A stretch of 64,000 nt of DNA from assembly GCA_965214705.1 (NCBI GenBank), contig CBDCCI010000001.1, positions 192,001-256,000 of the forward strand, given 5' to 3'. Below the pieces are notes generated by a model. The model worked only from the letters and a program-made list of their open reading frames with translations. It was not told the DNA's origin and made no database searches. The stretch comes from Alphaproteobacteria bacterium (lineage in GTDB: Bacteria > Pseudomonadota > Alphaproteobacteria > UBA828). Both the position numbers and the translations under genes were made by a program. Below, piece after piece: positions 1 through 9,909 of this stretch (positions within the stretch are counted from its first letter, which is position 1; every line of letters begins with the position of its first letter).

Positions 1-699
1 CACCGCGTGAATCAGGATCGGCCGGGAGACGTCGGTGGAGCCGCCGCGTTGGCGGGTCTCCTCGTCCCAGCGGGCGAAGTCGTTGCTGTGGAAGTGCATC
101 GGGAAGTTCGAGACCCGAATCATGGGCAGGTCGAGGTCGGCCATGATGCCGGCGCTTTCGGGACTGCTGGTCGCGCCGTAGAGGTTGATGCGCTCCTGCA
201 CGGACTTCGGCCTGAGCTGGATCGGCCGCTCGATGTTGAAGAACTCGCCGTCGTAGGTGAAGGTCCCGCCGGCGAGCGCCTTGCCGATGACCTCGCGGCA
301 CTCGCGGAAGCGCGCGCGGGTCTCGGTCATGGAAACGCCGAAGGCATCGTATTCGAGGCGCGCGAGCCCGCGCCCGAAGCCGATATGCAGCGTACCCCGG
401 CTCAGCTGGCTCAGCATGGCGATCTCGCCGGCGAGCCGGAGCGGGCTGTACCAGGGCAGCACCAGGACGCAGGTGCCGAGGTCCATGTCGGGATAGCGCC
501 CGGCGAGATGGGACAGCATCACCAGCGGGCTCGGCGTCGGGAAGTAATCCGAGAAGTGGTGCTCGATCACCCAGAACGCGTCGTAGCCGAGCCCCGCGAC
601 ATGGTCCGCGTCGACCAGAGCTTCGACGTACTGATCCGCATCGGACGCGCCGGGCTCGCCGACCGCCGAAATGACCGTTCCGAACTTGATCTCACTCAT
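1..699 (-). CDS. LLM-class flavin-dependent oxidoreductase (luciferase-like monooxygenase), 3' end outside window
   Basis: Not in ORF track; manual translation from ATG at 699 gives MSEIKFGTV...GYDAFWVIEHHFSDYFPTPSP...LGTCVLVLPWYSPLRLAGEIAML...IGFGRG, with the EHH and GxGRG motifs of LLM proteins; open to the window edge. Confidence 0.9.
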   Translation of the reverse strand, partial: MSEIKFGTVISAVGEPGASDADQYVEALVDADHVAGLGYDAFWVIEHHFSDYFPTPSPLVMLSHLAGRYPDMDLGTCVLVLPWYSPLRLAGEIAMLSQLSRGTLHIGFGRGLARLEYDAFGVSMTETRARFRECREVIGKALAGGTFTYDGEFFNIERPIQLRPKSVQERINLYGATSSPESAGIMADLDLPMIRVSNFPMHFHSNDFARWDEETRQRGGSTDVSRPILIHAV

Positions 700-758
700 G
701 GCAACCCTTCCCCGCCCGCAACGTTACATGCCCCGATCCTAGCCGGAAGGCGGAAATA

Positions 759-774
759 AAACAAACGTTTGGTT
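759..774. promoter_or_regulatory. Palindromic operator candidate (TetR-like) upstream of the LLM gene
   Basis: AAACAAACGTTTGGTT, perfect 10-bp core CAAACGTTTG (762-771), AT-rich patch about 60 bp upstream of the LLM start. Confidence 0.45.
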
Positions 775-806
775 GGGCACTGGAGGACGGGACGGAAAGT
801 TGGGGG

Positions 807-2390
807 CTAACTTCCCTCGCGCAGCTTGTAGCGCTGGATCTTGCCGGTCGCGGTCTTGGGCAACGCGTCGACGTAGCGGAGCCAACGCGGATACTTGTAG
901 CGCGCCAGCGCCGCCTTGCAGTGGGCCACCAACGCCTCGCTCAGGCCTTCGCTCTCAGTCTGCTCCTCGGCAAGCACGACCCAGGCTTCGGGTTTGATCA
1001 GCCCGTCGTCGTCAGCGCGGCCCACGACGGCGGCTTCCAGCACCGCCGGATGGGCCATCAGGCGGGCCTCGATCTCGACAGGCGAGACCCAGATGCCGCC
1101 GACCTTGAGCATGTCGTCGGAGCGCCCGCAGCAGACGTAACAGCCGTTCGTATCGATAAGGTAGGTATCGCCGGTTCTGAGCCACTCGCCCTCGAAGGCC
1201 GCCGCCGTGCGCGCGGGCTCGCCCCAGTACTCGGCGATGAGGGACCGCCCGCGGATTAGCAGGTTGCCGGTCTCGCCCGGCGCCACGTCGCGGCCGTCAT
1301 CGTCCACGAGGCGCGCCTCATAGCCGGGCACGGGCGTCCCACTCGTTCCCGGCACCACCGCACCGGGGCGGTTGGAGATGAAGATGTGCAGGATCTCAGT
1401 CGTGCCGATCCCGTCCACGATGTCGAGCCCGGTGGCGGCTTGCCAGCGCTCGAGGATCGGCGCCGGCAGCGGTTCGCCCGCAGAGACGCAGAGACGCAGA
1501 CCGGAGAGGTCCGGCGACGCGCTCTCCAGCGCTTGCAGCTGCGCGGCGTAAAGCGTCGGCACGCCGTAGTAGATCGTCGGCCGGAATGCTTCGATGGTGG
1601 CAAACGTGGTCTCTGGCGTCGGCCGGGCACCGAGGAGCACCGCCGTGCCGCCGGTCCAGAGCGGAAACGTCATGGCGTTGCCGAGCCCGTAGGCAAAGAA
1701 CAGCTTGGCGGCGGAGAAGTGGCTATCGTCGGCCGTGATGCCGAGCGTATCCACTCCGAAATACTGGCTGGTCACCACCATGTCGCGGTGGCGGTGCACG
1801 CCGCCCTTGGGCGTGCCGGTCGAGCCCGACGTGCAGAGCCAGAAGGCCGGATCGTCGGCGGCAGTCGGCGCCGGCGGCAACGCATCCGACGCTGCCGCGA
1901 GGCGGTCCGCGAAGCTGTTGCTCTCCCCTTCCGTGGGCAGCGCGTGCGCCGGCCGGTGCGCGGCCTCGGCCAGCACTGGCTCGACCTCGCCGGCGAACTC
2001 CGGCGACCAGACCACACAGGCCGCGCGCGAATTCTCGATGACGAAACGATAGTCGGCCGCGCGCAGCAGCGTGTTGAGCGGGACCGGCACGAACCCCGCC
2101 TTGATCGCGCCCCAGAAGATGTAGAAGAACGCGGGGCAGTCCTTCACCACCATCAGCACGCGGTCGCCGCGGCCGAGCCCCAGCGCGGCGAGCGCGTTTC
2201 CCGCCCGGTTCACATTGGCGGCAAGCTCGGCATAGGTCACGTCGCCCTGCGCATCGCGGATCGCCACCTTGGCGCCGCGCCCCTCGGCGACGTGCCGGTC
2301 GATGAACGGCACCGCGACGTTGAAGACCTCTGCGAAGGTCAGCGCCGTCGGCGACTGTGTCGCATCGACCGCGACAGTGTGATCGTCCAT
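807..2390 (-). CDS. Benzoate-CoA ligase family protein
   Basis: 527 aa; TSGSTGTPKG AMP-binding loop, FSAAKLFFAYGLGN, DGIGTTEILHIF, TGD, GRSDDMLKVGG, PKTATGKIQR. Confidence 0.9.
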   Translation of the reverse strand: MDDHTVAVDATQSPTALTFAEVFNVAVPFIDRHVAEGRGAKVAIRDAQGDVTYAELAANVNRAGNALAALGLGRGDRVLMVVKDCPAFFYIFWGAIKAGFVPVPLNTLLRAADYRFVIENSRAACVVWSPEFAGEVEPVLAEAAHRPAHALPTEGESNSFADRLAAASDALPPAPTAADDPAFWLCTSGSTGTPKGGVHRHRDMVVTSQYFGVDTLGITADDSHFSAAKLFFAYGLGNAMTFPLWTGGTAVLLGARPTPETTFATIEAFRPTIYYGVPTLYAAQLQALESASPDLSGLRLCVSAGEPLPAPILERWQAATGLDIVDGIGTTEILHIFISNRPGAVVPGTSGTPVPGYEARLVDDDGRDVAPGETGNLLIRGRSLIAEYWGEPARTAAAFEGEWLRTGDTYLIDTNGCYVCCGRSDDMLKVGGIWVSPVEIEARLMAHPAVLEAAVVGRADDDGLIKPEAWVVLAEEQTESEGLSEALVAHCKAALARYKYPRWLRYVDALPKTATGKIQRYKLREGS

Positions 2391-2554
2391 GCCGGTTCCC
2401 TGCCTAGCCCGTGCCCTTCCCGGTCCTCCACCGGATTCGCCTGCGCGGAACGACGCAACCGGGGTACCCTATGCCCAAACGCCGGGGCCCGCAGTCTCGA
2501 ATTTCGGGGAGGCGCGCGTGCAAATCGAGCGGGCGCGAGGATCGTAAGGAGGCG

Positions 2555-4150
2555 ATGGTGACGTGGGACTACATCGTCGCGGGCGCGGGGACGACCGGCA
2601 GCGTCGTCGCCAACCGCCTGACGGAGGACGAGCGCAGCCGCGTGCTGGTGCTGGAGGCCGGCGGCTCGGACCGGAGCATCGCCGTCTCGATGCCCGCCGC
2701 TGGGCTCGTCCTGGCGTTGTCCAATCCACGCTACGACTGGGGCTTCAAGGCCGAGCCCGATCCGACGCGCGACGGGCGCGAGGACTATATGCCGCGCGGC
2801 AAGGTGCTGGGCGGCACCAGCGCGATCAACGGCATGTCCTACCTGCGAGGGCAACCGGAGGACTACGACGGCTGGGCCGCACTCGGCTGCGAAGGCTGGG
2901 ATTTCGAGAGCGTGCTGCCCAACTTCAAGCGCTCGGAAAACAACGAGAACGGCGCCGATGCCTATCACGGCTCGGGCGGCCCGCTCTCCGTCTCAAACAT
3001 CCGCACCCTGCACCCGCTCTCGCACGACTATCTTCAGGCCTGCGTTAACCTGGGCATCAAGCGCGTGGCCGATGTTAACACGCCGCCGCAGGCTGGGGTC
3101 GGCTTCGTGCCCGCCACCCAGCGTAGGGGGCGACGGCACAGCACCGGGCGCGCTTACCTCAGGCCAGCGATGCGGCGGCGGAACCTGCGGGTGCTGACTC
3201 ACGCCCACATCCGGCGCGTGCTGTTCGACGGCAAACGCGCGACCGGAGTGGAATACACGCGCCGGGACCGCACCGAGCGAGCGGAGGCGGCGCGCGCGGT
3301 GATCGTGTGCGCCGGCACCTATGCCTCGCCGCAGCTCCTCATGCTCTCCGGCGTGGGCCCAGCGGTGCGCTTGCGCGAGCTCGACATTCCGGTGGTTCAC
3401 GACCTGCCGGGTGTGGGCGAGAACCTGCAGGACCATCCCGGCCTTGCGCAGACCTGCTTTGCCAGCGTGCCGACCTACAACACGCTCATGGGACCCATCG
3501 GCGGACTGATCTACGGTGCGCAGTGGTTGTTCGCGGGCTCCGGCCCGGCGTCCACGCCCCACTCTCAAGTCACCGCCTTCCTGCGCCACGACATGAGCGG
3601 GGGCCGCTCCGACCTGCAATACATGTTCACGCCCGCCGGCTACGATCTGTCGGCGGACGGGCCCGTGCTCTTCGACCGGCCTGCGGTCACGGGCCTCATC
3701 AACCTGCTCAGGCCCTTCTCCCGGGGGCGGGTCGGGCTCCGCTCTGCAGACCCGCTCGTGCATTCGACAATTCAGCCCAACCTCTTCGCCGATGAACGCG
3801 ACCTCGCGCTGCTGCTCGCCGGCGCCAAGCTGCAGCGCAAACTGTTCCGGACCGAGCCGCTTGCCCGCTCCATCGCCGGCGACTACCGCCCGTCGAGCGA
3901 CGTGCAGACCGACGACGAGTGGCGGGCCTACCTGCGCGAGAACTCGCTCAGCGGATACCACCCGGTCGGCACCTGCAAGATGGGCCAGGACGATCAGGCG
4001 GTGGTCGACCACCGCCTGCGCGTGCGGGGCGTTGAGAACCTCCATGTCGCGGACGCGTCGATCATGCCGACCATCGTCAGCGGCAATCCGCTGGCGACCT
4101 GCGTCATGATCGGCGAGAAGCTGGCCGAGATGATCCGCAGCTCAGCCTGA
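2555..4150 (+). CDS. GMC family FAD oxidoreductase (choline/alcohol dehydrogenase-like)
   Basis: AGGAGG RBS before ATG 2555; DYIVAGAGTTG, RGKVLGGTSAING, GVGENLQDH, YHPVGTCKMG, DASIMP. Confidence 0.92.
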   Translation: MVTWDYIVAGAGTTGSVVANRLTEDERSRVLVLEAGGSDRSIAVSMPAAGLVLALSNPRYDWGFKAEPDPTRDGREDYMPRGKVLGGTSAINGMSYLRGQPEDYDGWAALGCEGWDFESVLPNFKRSENNENGADAYHGSGGPLSVSNIRTLHPLSHDYLQACVNLGIKRVADVNTPPQAGVGFVPATQRRGRRHSTGRAYLRPAMRRRNLRVLTHAHIRRVLFDGKRATGVEYTRRDRTERAEAARAVIVCAGTYASPQLLMLSGVGPAVRLRELDIPVVHDLPGVGENLQDHPGLAQTCFASVPTYNTLMGPIGGLIYGAQWLFAGSGPASTPHSQVTAFLRHDMSGGRSDLQYMFTPAGYDLSADGPVLFDRPAVTGLINLLRPFSRGRVGLRSADPLVHSTIQPNLFADERDLALLLAGAKLQRKLFRTEPLARSIAGDYRPSSDVQTDDEWRAYLRENSLSGYHPVGTCKMGQDDQAVVDHRLRVRGVENLHVADASIMPTIVSGNPLATCVMIGEKLAEMIRSSA

Positions 4151-4975
4151 GGGCGCGGTGCGCTCCAGCCAAGCATTCGCGGCGTCCTCCATCGTCATGA
4201 AGACCGCGCCCAGCCCCTGCAATGCCTCGATCAGGCGCTCCAGCATCATCATGCGGTGGCCGCGGCCGATCACGAGCGGGTGGCAGGTGTAGGTGAGCAC
4301 GCCCCATTCCATCGTGCGGGTCATGTAGTTGAAGTCGTCCACCCAGTTCTGCAGCACGCCGCCGGCCGGCATCAGGCCCTGGATGCGGTAGCGCTGGTTC
4401 TGCACGAACTCGAAGTGCGGGTAGTCGTCCAACGTCCAGCTGATCGGCATCTCGACCAGGCTGGTCTCGGGCCCGAACTGCATGGGTTCCTCGAGCGCGA
4501 TCACGTCGCCCGTGCGCGCGAAATACGGGGTGTAGTCGTTCCCCATCATGCTGCTCTCGTAGAGGAAGCCGCGCGAAACCAGGAGATCGACCGTGTTCTC
4601 GCTCAGGTCCCAGGCCGGTGAGCGGTAGCCTCTGGGTTTCAGCCCGCAGAGCTTGACGATGGCATCGGTGCCGCGCTGGAGCCCCGCCTCCTCCTCGTCG
4701 CGCGACATGGTGACCGGCGTCATGTGGGTCCAGCCGTGATGACCGATCTCGTGCCCCGCCACCGCGACGCGAACCGACATCTCAGGATAGGTCTCGATGG
4801 TGTGGCCGGGGATGAACCAGGTCGCCCGGATGTCGTGCCGCTTGAGCAAGGCCAGGATGCGCTCCGTGCCGACCAGGCCGAACTCGCCCCGGCTGATCGG
4901 CGTTGGCGAGCGCATGCCTTGAGCGATGACGCCCGAGACGGCATCGAAGTCGAAGGTCAGGCAGGCGATGTGCAT
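4142..4975 (-). CDS. Polysaccharide deacetylase family (PgdA/PuuE-like CE4 hydrolase)
   Basis: LTFDFD, HEIGHHGWTH, GYRSPAW, TCHPLVIG; start set at ATG 4975 (AAGGG upstream); no signal peptide. Confidence 0.88.
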   Translation of the reverse strand: MHIACLTFDFDAVSGVIAQGMRSPTPISRGEFGLVGTERILALLKRHDIRATWFIPGHTIETYPEMSVRVAVAGHEIGHHGWTHMTPVTMSRDEEEAGLQRGTDAIVKLCGLKPRGYRSPAWDLSENTVDLLVSRGFLYESSMMGNDYTPYFARTGDVIALEEPMQFGPETSLVEMPISWTLDDYPHFEFVQNQRYRIQGLMPAGGVLQNWVDDFNYMTRTMEWGVLTYTCHPLVIGRGHRMMMLERLIEALQGLGAVFMTMEDAANAWLERTAPSG

Positions 4976-5189
4976 GTCCGTCACCCTTGGCAAAGTCGCG
5001 CGCCTGCGGCGCCCCGCCATCGTACATCGGTTGGGCATAACATGATCGCCGTATCGGCGCTTGTGGGTGCGAGCGCCGCGGCCTGTCGGGGCGTCGGCGG
5101 CGCCGGCGTTCTGGGGTATTCTCCGCTCTCCCGCACACGAGCCGGCCCGAAAGCCGGCGGACTTCAGGACGAACGGCGAGGAGGGAGGC

Positions 5190-5870
5190 ATGGCGGACAG
5201 GGCCGATTGGGCATTTCCGGGCGAGGCGGAAATCCTCGAGCGCGCAGCCGATCAATACGAAGCGTCCAACCCCGACTTTCCCATCGATCCGGGCAAGACG
5301 GCGCTGCTCGTGATCGATCTTCAGGAAGGATTCGTCGCCGAGGGCGCGCGCATGTGGACCCCGGAAAACCTGCGGATCCTGCCCCGCGTCAAGGCGCTGA
5401 TCGAGCGCTGCCGCACCCTCGGCATCCCCGTCATCTTCACCGAGCACGCCCACGACGCCACGGGCCGGGACAAGGGATTGATGTGGGATGTGCCGCTCAA
5501 CCGGCCGATCAGGGACGGCGCGCTCCGGATCGGCGCCGAAGACGTGCCTACCTACCACGAGATCGCGCCGGAGCCGGGCGAGAAGGTCATCCAGAAGCAC
5601 CGCTACAGCGCCTTCTTCGATACGGACCTGCACACCTATCTGCGCGGCTGCAACGTGGACACGGTGATCATCACGGGCTGCATGACCAATTACTGCTGCG
5701 GCGCGACGGCCCGGGACGCCTTCTTTCGCGACTACAAGGTCATCTTCGGCAGTGACGTGACCGCGACCGACAACCGGGAGCTGCACGAGGCGGAGCTGAA
5801 GACGCTCCGGCGTGGCTACGCGCGAGTCGTCCCGGCCGACGAGATCCTCGGCGAGATCGGCGAGTCCTGA
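5190..5870 (+). CDS. Isochorismatase-family cysteine hydrolase
   Basis: GGAGG RBS before ATG 5190; Asp-Lys-Cys triad motifs LLVIDLQ, KHRYSAF, GCMTNYCC..TARDA. Confidence 0.9.
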   Translation: MADRADWAFPGEAEILERAADQYEASNPDFPIDPGKTALLVIDLQEGFVAEGARMWTPENLRILPRVKALIERCRTLGIPVIFTEHAHDATGRDKGLMWDVPLNRPIRDGALRIGAEDVPTYHEIAPEPGEKVIQKHRYSAFFDTDLHTYLRGCNVDTVIITGCMTNYCCGATARDAFFRDYKVIFGSDVTATDNRELHEAELKTLRRGYARVVPADEILGEIGES

Positions 5871-5940
5871 GCGCTACGGTTACGAACGAGAGCACGGTGG
5901 CCTCTCGCCACCCTGTCGGCGCGGGCGGATCGAGTACGCA

Positions 5941-6816
5941 ATGATCGCCGGCTCGGCGCTCATGGGCGCAGGCGCCGCCGCGAGCTGGGGCGTCGGCGAC
6001 TTCACCGCCCGCTTCCTGGGCCGCGCGATCGGCGTGCCGCAGGGGCTGTTCGGCATGATGCTGGTCGGCAGCCTCGCAGTCGGGCTCTACATCGTGGTGA
6101 GCGGCGAGACGCTGGTCTGGGAGCTTTCGGGTCTCTGGCTCCTGGCCCTTAACGGCGTCGCCACCATGCTCGCGACGCTCATGCTGTTCGAGGCGCTGAC
6201 CCGCGGCCCGGTCTCGCTCGGCTCGCCCATGGTCTCCAGCTACCCGGCGTTCGCGGTGCCGATCACGGTTGTCTTCGGTGCCCGACCGGAGATCATCCAC
6301 TGGATCGCGATGGCAGCCACGATCGGTGGGGTCTGGCTGGTGGCGCTCGCGGTCTCGCGCGTTGACGGCGGCGACAAGCCGGAATACGCACCGGCGGTGA
6401 TACGGCGCGCCGCTCTGATGGCGCTCGGCTCGGCGATGCTCTTCGCCGTCGCCCTGCTCGCCGCCGACGAGGCGATCGAGCGCTACGGCCTCCCGCTCAC
6501 GCTGCTCTCGGGACGGATTGTCGGCGCTGTCGCGCTCGGGGTGGGCTTCCTGGTCATGCGCAGGCTGCCGCATATGCCGCTCCGCGCATGGCCGCTGATT
6601 CTCTTTATCGCGCTCGTGGATACCCTCGGCTACGTCTTCGTCTACGCCGGGCTCGCGCTGGAGAACGGGGAGTTCGCCATCGTCACGAGCTCGGCCTATT
6701 CGGTGGTGACGATCATTCTGGCGCGGATCTTCCTGCGTGAGCCGGTGGTGCCGCTCCAGTGGCTGGGCGTCGCCATCGTCATCGCCGGCATCGGCACGCT
6801 GTCCGCCACCGGCTAA
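5941..6816 (+). CDS. EamA/DMT family transporter
   Basis: About 10 hydrophobic segments, SWGVGDF start motif, IFLREPV end motif. Confidence 0.85.
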   Translation: MIAGSALMGAGAAASWGVGDFTARFLGRAIGVPQGLFGMMLVGSLAVGLYIVVSGETLVWELSGLWLLALNGVATMLATLMLFEALTRGPVSLGSPMVSSYPAFAVPITVVFGARPEIIHWIAMAATIGGVWLVALAVSRVDGGDKPEYAPAVIRRAALMALGSAMLFAVALLAADEAIERYGLPLTLLSGRIVGAVALGVGFLVMRRLPHMPLRAWPLILFIALVDTLGYVFVYAGLALENGEFAIVTSSAYSVVTIILARIFLREPVVPLQWLGVAIVIAGIGTLSATG

Positions 6817-6827
6817 CTCAGATGACT

Positions 6828-7925
6828 TCAGATCACCCGTTCGCTCTCGGGATCGACGAGGACGGCCCGGCTCATGTCCAGGTCGAGCGGGAGCGCATCC
6901 CTTGGCTGTTCGCCGGCAGAGCCGTCGAGCCGCACGAGCATCGAGGTCTCGCCCAAGTGGAAGTTGACGAGCGTGTTGGCGCCCATGGGCTCGACGATCT
7001 CGACCGTCGTCAGGAGCCTGGCGCAGTCAGGCCGGGGCGCCTCGCCCTCGGCCCGGTACATGTGCTCGGGCCTGATGCCGAGCAGCACGTTGCGGCCGCC
7101 GTCACCGGCGTGGCGCTCGGCCCGTGCGGGCGGCAGGGCAAAGGCATTGTCTCCGGCCCTCACCGCGACCGCACCATCCACCGCCTCGATCCGTGCCGGG
7201 GTGAAGTTCATCGCCGGAGAGCCGATGAAGCCCGCGACGAAGCGGGTCTGCGGCTGCTCGTAGAGCTCCAGCGGCGGCCCTTCCTGCTCGATTTCACCCT
7301 CGCGCAGCAGCACGATCCGGTCGGCCAGCGTCATCGCCTCCACCTGATCGTGGGTGACGTAAATCATGGTGCGCTGCATCTCCTGATGCAGCCGCTTGAT
7401 CTCGGTGCGCATCTCGTCGCGCAGCTGGGCGTCGAGGTTGCTGAGCGGCTCGTCGAAGAGGTAGAGCTTCGCGTCCCGCACCAGGGCGCGGCCCATGGCG
7501 ACGCGCTGGCGCTGGCCGCCCGAAAGTTGGCGCGGCTGGCGGTCGAGCAGGTCCGCGATCCCCAGCATCGCCGCCGCCCGCTCCACCCGCGGACGAATCT
7601 CGGCACTGGGCGCGTTCCGCATCCTGAGCCCGAAGGCCACGTTCTCGAACACCGACATGTGCGGATAGAGCGCATAGTTTTGAAACACCATGGCGACGTC
7701 CCGGTCCTTGGGCCGGACGTCGTTGACCATCTCACCGTCAATCTCCACCGTGCCTTCGGTTACCTCTTCCAGACCGGCGATCATGCGCAAGAGCGTGCTC
7801 TTGCCGCAGCCGGACGGCCCGACCAGCACGGTGAACGCGCGGTCGGGAATCTCGATGTCCACCCCGCGTACGGCATGGACCTTGCCGAAACGCTTGTGCA
7901 CGCTGCGCAGCCTGACTCCGGCCAT
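6828..7925 (-). CDS. Carbohydrate ABC transporter ATP-binding protein (MalK/UgpC-like)
   Basis: GPSGCGKS Walker A, LSGGQRQR signature, LFDEPLSNLD, C-terminal LGIRPEH. Confidence 0.95.
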   Translation of the reverse strand: MAGVRLRSVHKRFGKVHAVRGVDIEIPDRAFTVLVGPSGCGKSTLLRMIAGLEEVTEGTVEIDGEMVNDVRPKDRDVAMVFQNYALYPHMSVFENVAFGLRMRNAPSAEIRPRVERAAAMLGIADLLDRQPRQLSGGQRQRVAMGRALVRDAKLYLFDEPLSNLDAQLRDEMRTEIKRLHQEMQRTMIYVTHDQVEAMTLADRIVLLREGEIEQEGPPLELYEQPQTRFVAGFIGSPAMNFTPARIEAVDGAVAVRAGDNAFALPPARAERHAGDGGRNVLLGIRPEHMYRAEGEAPRPDCARLLTTVEIVEPMGANTLVNFHLGETSMLVRLDGSAGEQPRDALPLDLDMSRAVLVDPESERVI

Positions 7926-7935
7926 CGCGCTCCTC

Positions 7936-8811
7936 CTACCCCTTGACCGCGCCCATGGTGATACCGCGCACCAGGAAGCGCTGTAGCGTCGCCACCGCGA
8001 AGAACACCGGGAGCGTGCCGAGCACCGAAAGCGCCGCGATCTTCGACCAGAAGGTCGACTGCGCGCCGTAGTAGTGGGTGACCAGCACGGGGAATGTCAG
8101 CACCTCCGTGCGGGTCAGAATCAGCGCGAAGACGAACTCGTTCCAGGCGAAGATGAAGGTGAACACCGCCGTCGCGAAGATACCGGTGCGCGCCATGGGG
8201 AAGACGATCTTGCGCAGGGCCTGCCAGCGCGAGCAGCCGTCGGTCAGCGCGCTCTCCTCCACCTCGACCGGGATGTCCTCGATATAGCCGCGCATCATCC
8301 AGATCACGTAGGGCAGGTTGAACGCGATGTAGAGCAGGATCAGCCCGACGTAGCTGTCGATCCAGCCGAACCAGACGAACAGCAAGAAGATCGGGAAGAC
8401 GATGACGATCGGCGGAATCATCCGCTGGGAGATGATCCAGATCGCGAGGTTCTGTCCGCCGGTCTTGAAGCGCGCGAGGGAGTAGGCGGCCGCGGTGCCG
8501 AGGATCATCGCAGCGACGGTCGAGACGCTGGCGATGATCAGGCTGTTGTAGATGGCCCAGACGTCGCCGTCCTTGAACAGCACCCCGAAGATGCGAAAGC
8601 TGGGTTGCTCGGGGAACCAGACCGGCGGGCGGGCAAAGATATCGCCTGCCGATTTGATCGAGGTGATGAAGAGCCAGTAGACGGGGAAGAGGAAGAACAC
8701 CAGCACCACCAGCGCGATCATGAAGCGCCAGGCCATGCGCCTGCGCTCGCGGGTGAACCAACGCGGCCATTTGCCGGCAGGCTGGGGTGTGGATGTGTCG
8801 GACGCCGTCAT
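7936..8811 (-). CDS. Carbohydrate ABC transporter permease (MalG-like)
   Basis: EESALTDGCS EAA loop, FIFAWNEF, ends RGITMGAVKG. Confidence 0.93.
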   Translation of the reverse strand: MTASDTSTPQPAGKWPRWFTRERRRMAWRFMIALVVLVFFLFPVYWLFITSIKSAGDIFARPPVWFPEQPSFRIFGVLFKDGDVWAIYNSLIIASVSTVAAMILGTAAAYSLARFKTGGQNLAIWIISQRMIPPIVIVFPIFLLFVWFGWIDSYVGLILLYIAFNLPYVIWMMRGYIEDIPVEVEESALTDGCSRWQALRKIVFPMARTGIFATAVFTFIFAWNEFVFALILTRTEVLTFPVLVTHYYGAQSTFWSKIAALSVLGTLPVFFAVATLQRFLVRGITMGAVKG

Positions 8812-9722
8812 CGGGCGATCTCCACGCGCTTGAGCGCGAATATGACGATGATCGAGAGCAGGATGATCACCAGGAAGGCGATCGCGCCTGCATAGCTCGT
8901 CTCGAACTCCTTGAAGGCCCGGATGTAGGTGTAGATCGAGATCGTCTCGGTCATCGTACCGGGCCCGCCCTTGGTCATCGCCCAGATGATGTCGAAGATG
9001 CGGAAGAGATCGAGCGCGCGGATCAGGATGGCGATGATCAGCACCGGCTTGATCACCGGAAGCGTAATCTTGAAGAAGATCTTCCAGAACGAGGCGCCGT
9101 CGATCTCAGCCGCCTCGATCAGGCTGCGGTCGACGTTGGAGAGCGCGGCCAGCAGGATCAGGAACATGAACGGTGTCCACTGCCACACCTCGCAGACCAG
9201 GATCGCCGGATAGACCCATTCCGGCCGCGAGAGCCAGAGGATCGCCACCGGCTCCGACGAGAACCAGCCGATGATCTGGTTGATCGGCCCGTACTGGTTG
9301 TCGAACATCAGCCGCCAGGTAGAGCCCGCGACGATCGGCGAGATCACGGTCGGGATGATCAGGAGCGCGACGAACACCTGCTTGAGCGGCATCTTTTCCA
9401 GAAATAGCTGCGCCATCAGCAGGCCCAGTACCAGCTCGATGGGGAGCGCGATGGCCAGGATCAGGAAGGTGTGGCCCATCGACTCCCAGAGTCGCGTGTC
9501 GGAAAAGAGCGCCGCGTAATGCTTGCCGCCGGACCAGGAGGTGTCCTCGGCCAGCATGGTGATGTCCTGGAAGCTGACGATGGCGGTGTGAACCAGCGGA
9601 TAGAGGCCGATCAGCAGCAGCACGATGATCGACGGCGCGATCACCAGCCACTTGAAGTGCCGGTCGGCGAAGAGGCTCGCACGATGCGTGAAGTGCGGGT
9701 CCCGGCCCGCGGCGACCGTCAT
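8808..9722 (-). CDS. Carbohydrate ABC transporter permease (MalF-like)
   Basis: WQWTPF, EAAEIDGAS EAA loop, MTKGGPG; 4-bp overlap with next permease. Confidence 0.93.
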   Translation of the reverse strand: MTVAAGRDPHFTHRASLFADRHFKWLVIAPSIIVLLLIGLYPLVHTAIVSFQDITMLAEDTSWSGGKHYAALFSDTRLWESMGHTFLILAIALPIELVLGLLMAQLFLEKMPLKQVFVALLIIPTVISPIVAGSTWRLMFDNQYGPINQIIGWFSSEPVAILWLSRPEWVYPAILVCEVWQWTPFMFLILLAALSNVDRSLIEAAEIDGASFWKIFFKITLPVIKPVLIIAILIRALDLFRIFDIIWAMTKGGPGTMTETISIYTYIRAFKEFETSYAGAIAFLVIILLSIIVIFALKRVEIAR

Positions 9723-9909
9723 GCGCGCGCTGCCGCCGACGGGCCGCCGGCGGGGTCAGCAACCGTGCCCGCCATGCCGCTCTCGTTCATGCCGGCCCGC
9801 CGTGCCTTGGTCCTTCCGCACAGCCTTGAGAGGTAACGGAAACGCCGCCGGGGCGCAATGTTCGCCGCTAGGCTAGGAGGCGCCGATCCACCATCGGCAT
9901 TGCTGGCGC

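Noticed and set aside
7-759. 250-aa plus-strand ORF
   Set aside because: Antisense shadow of the minus-strand LLM gene, which carries the family motifs.
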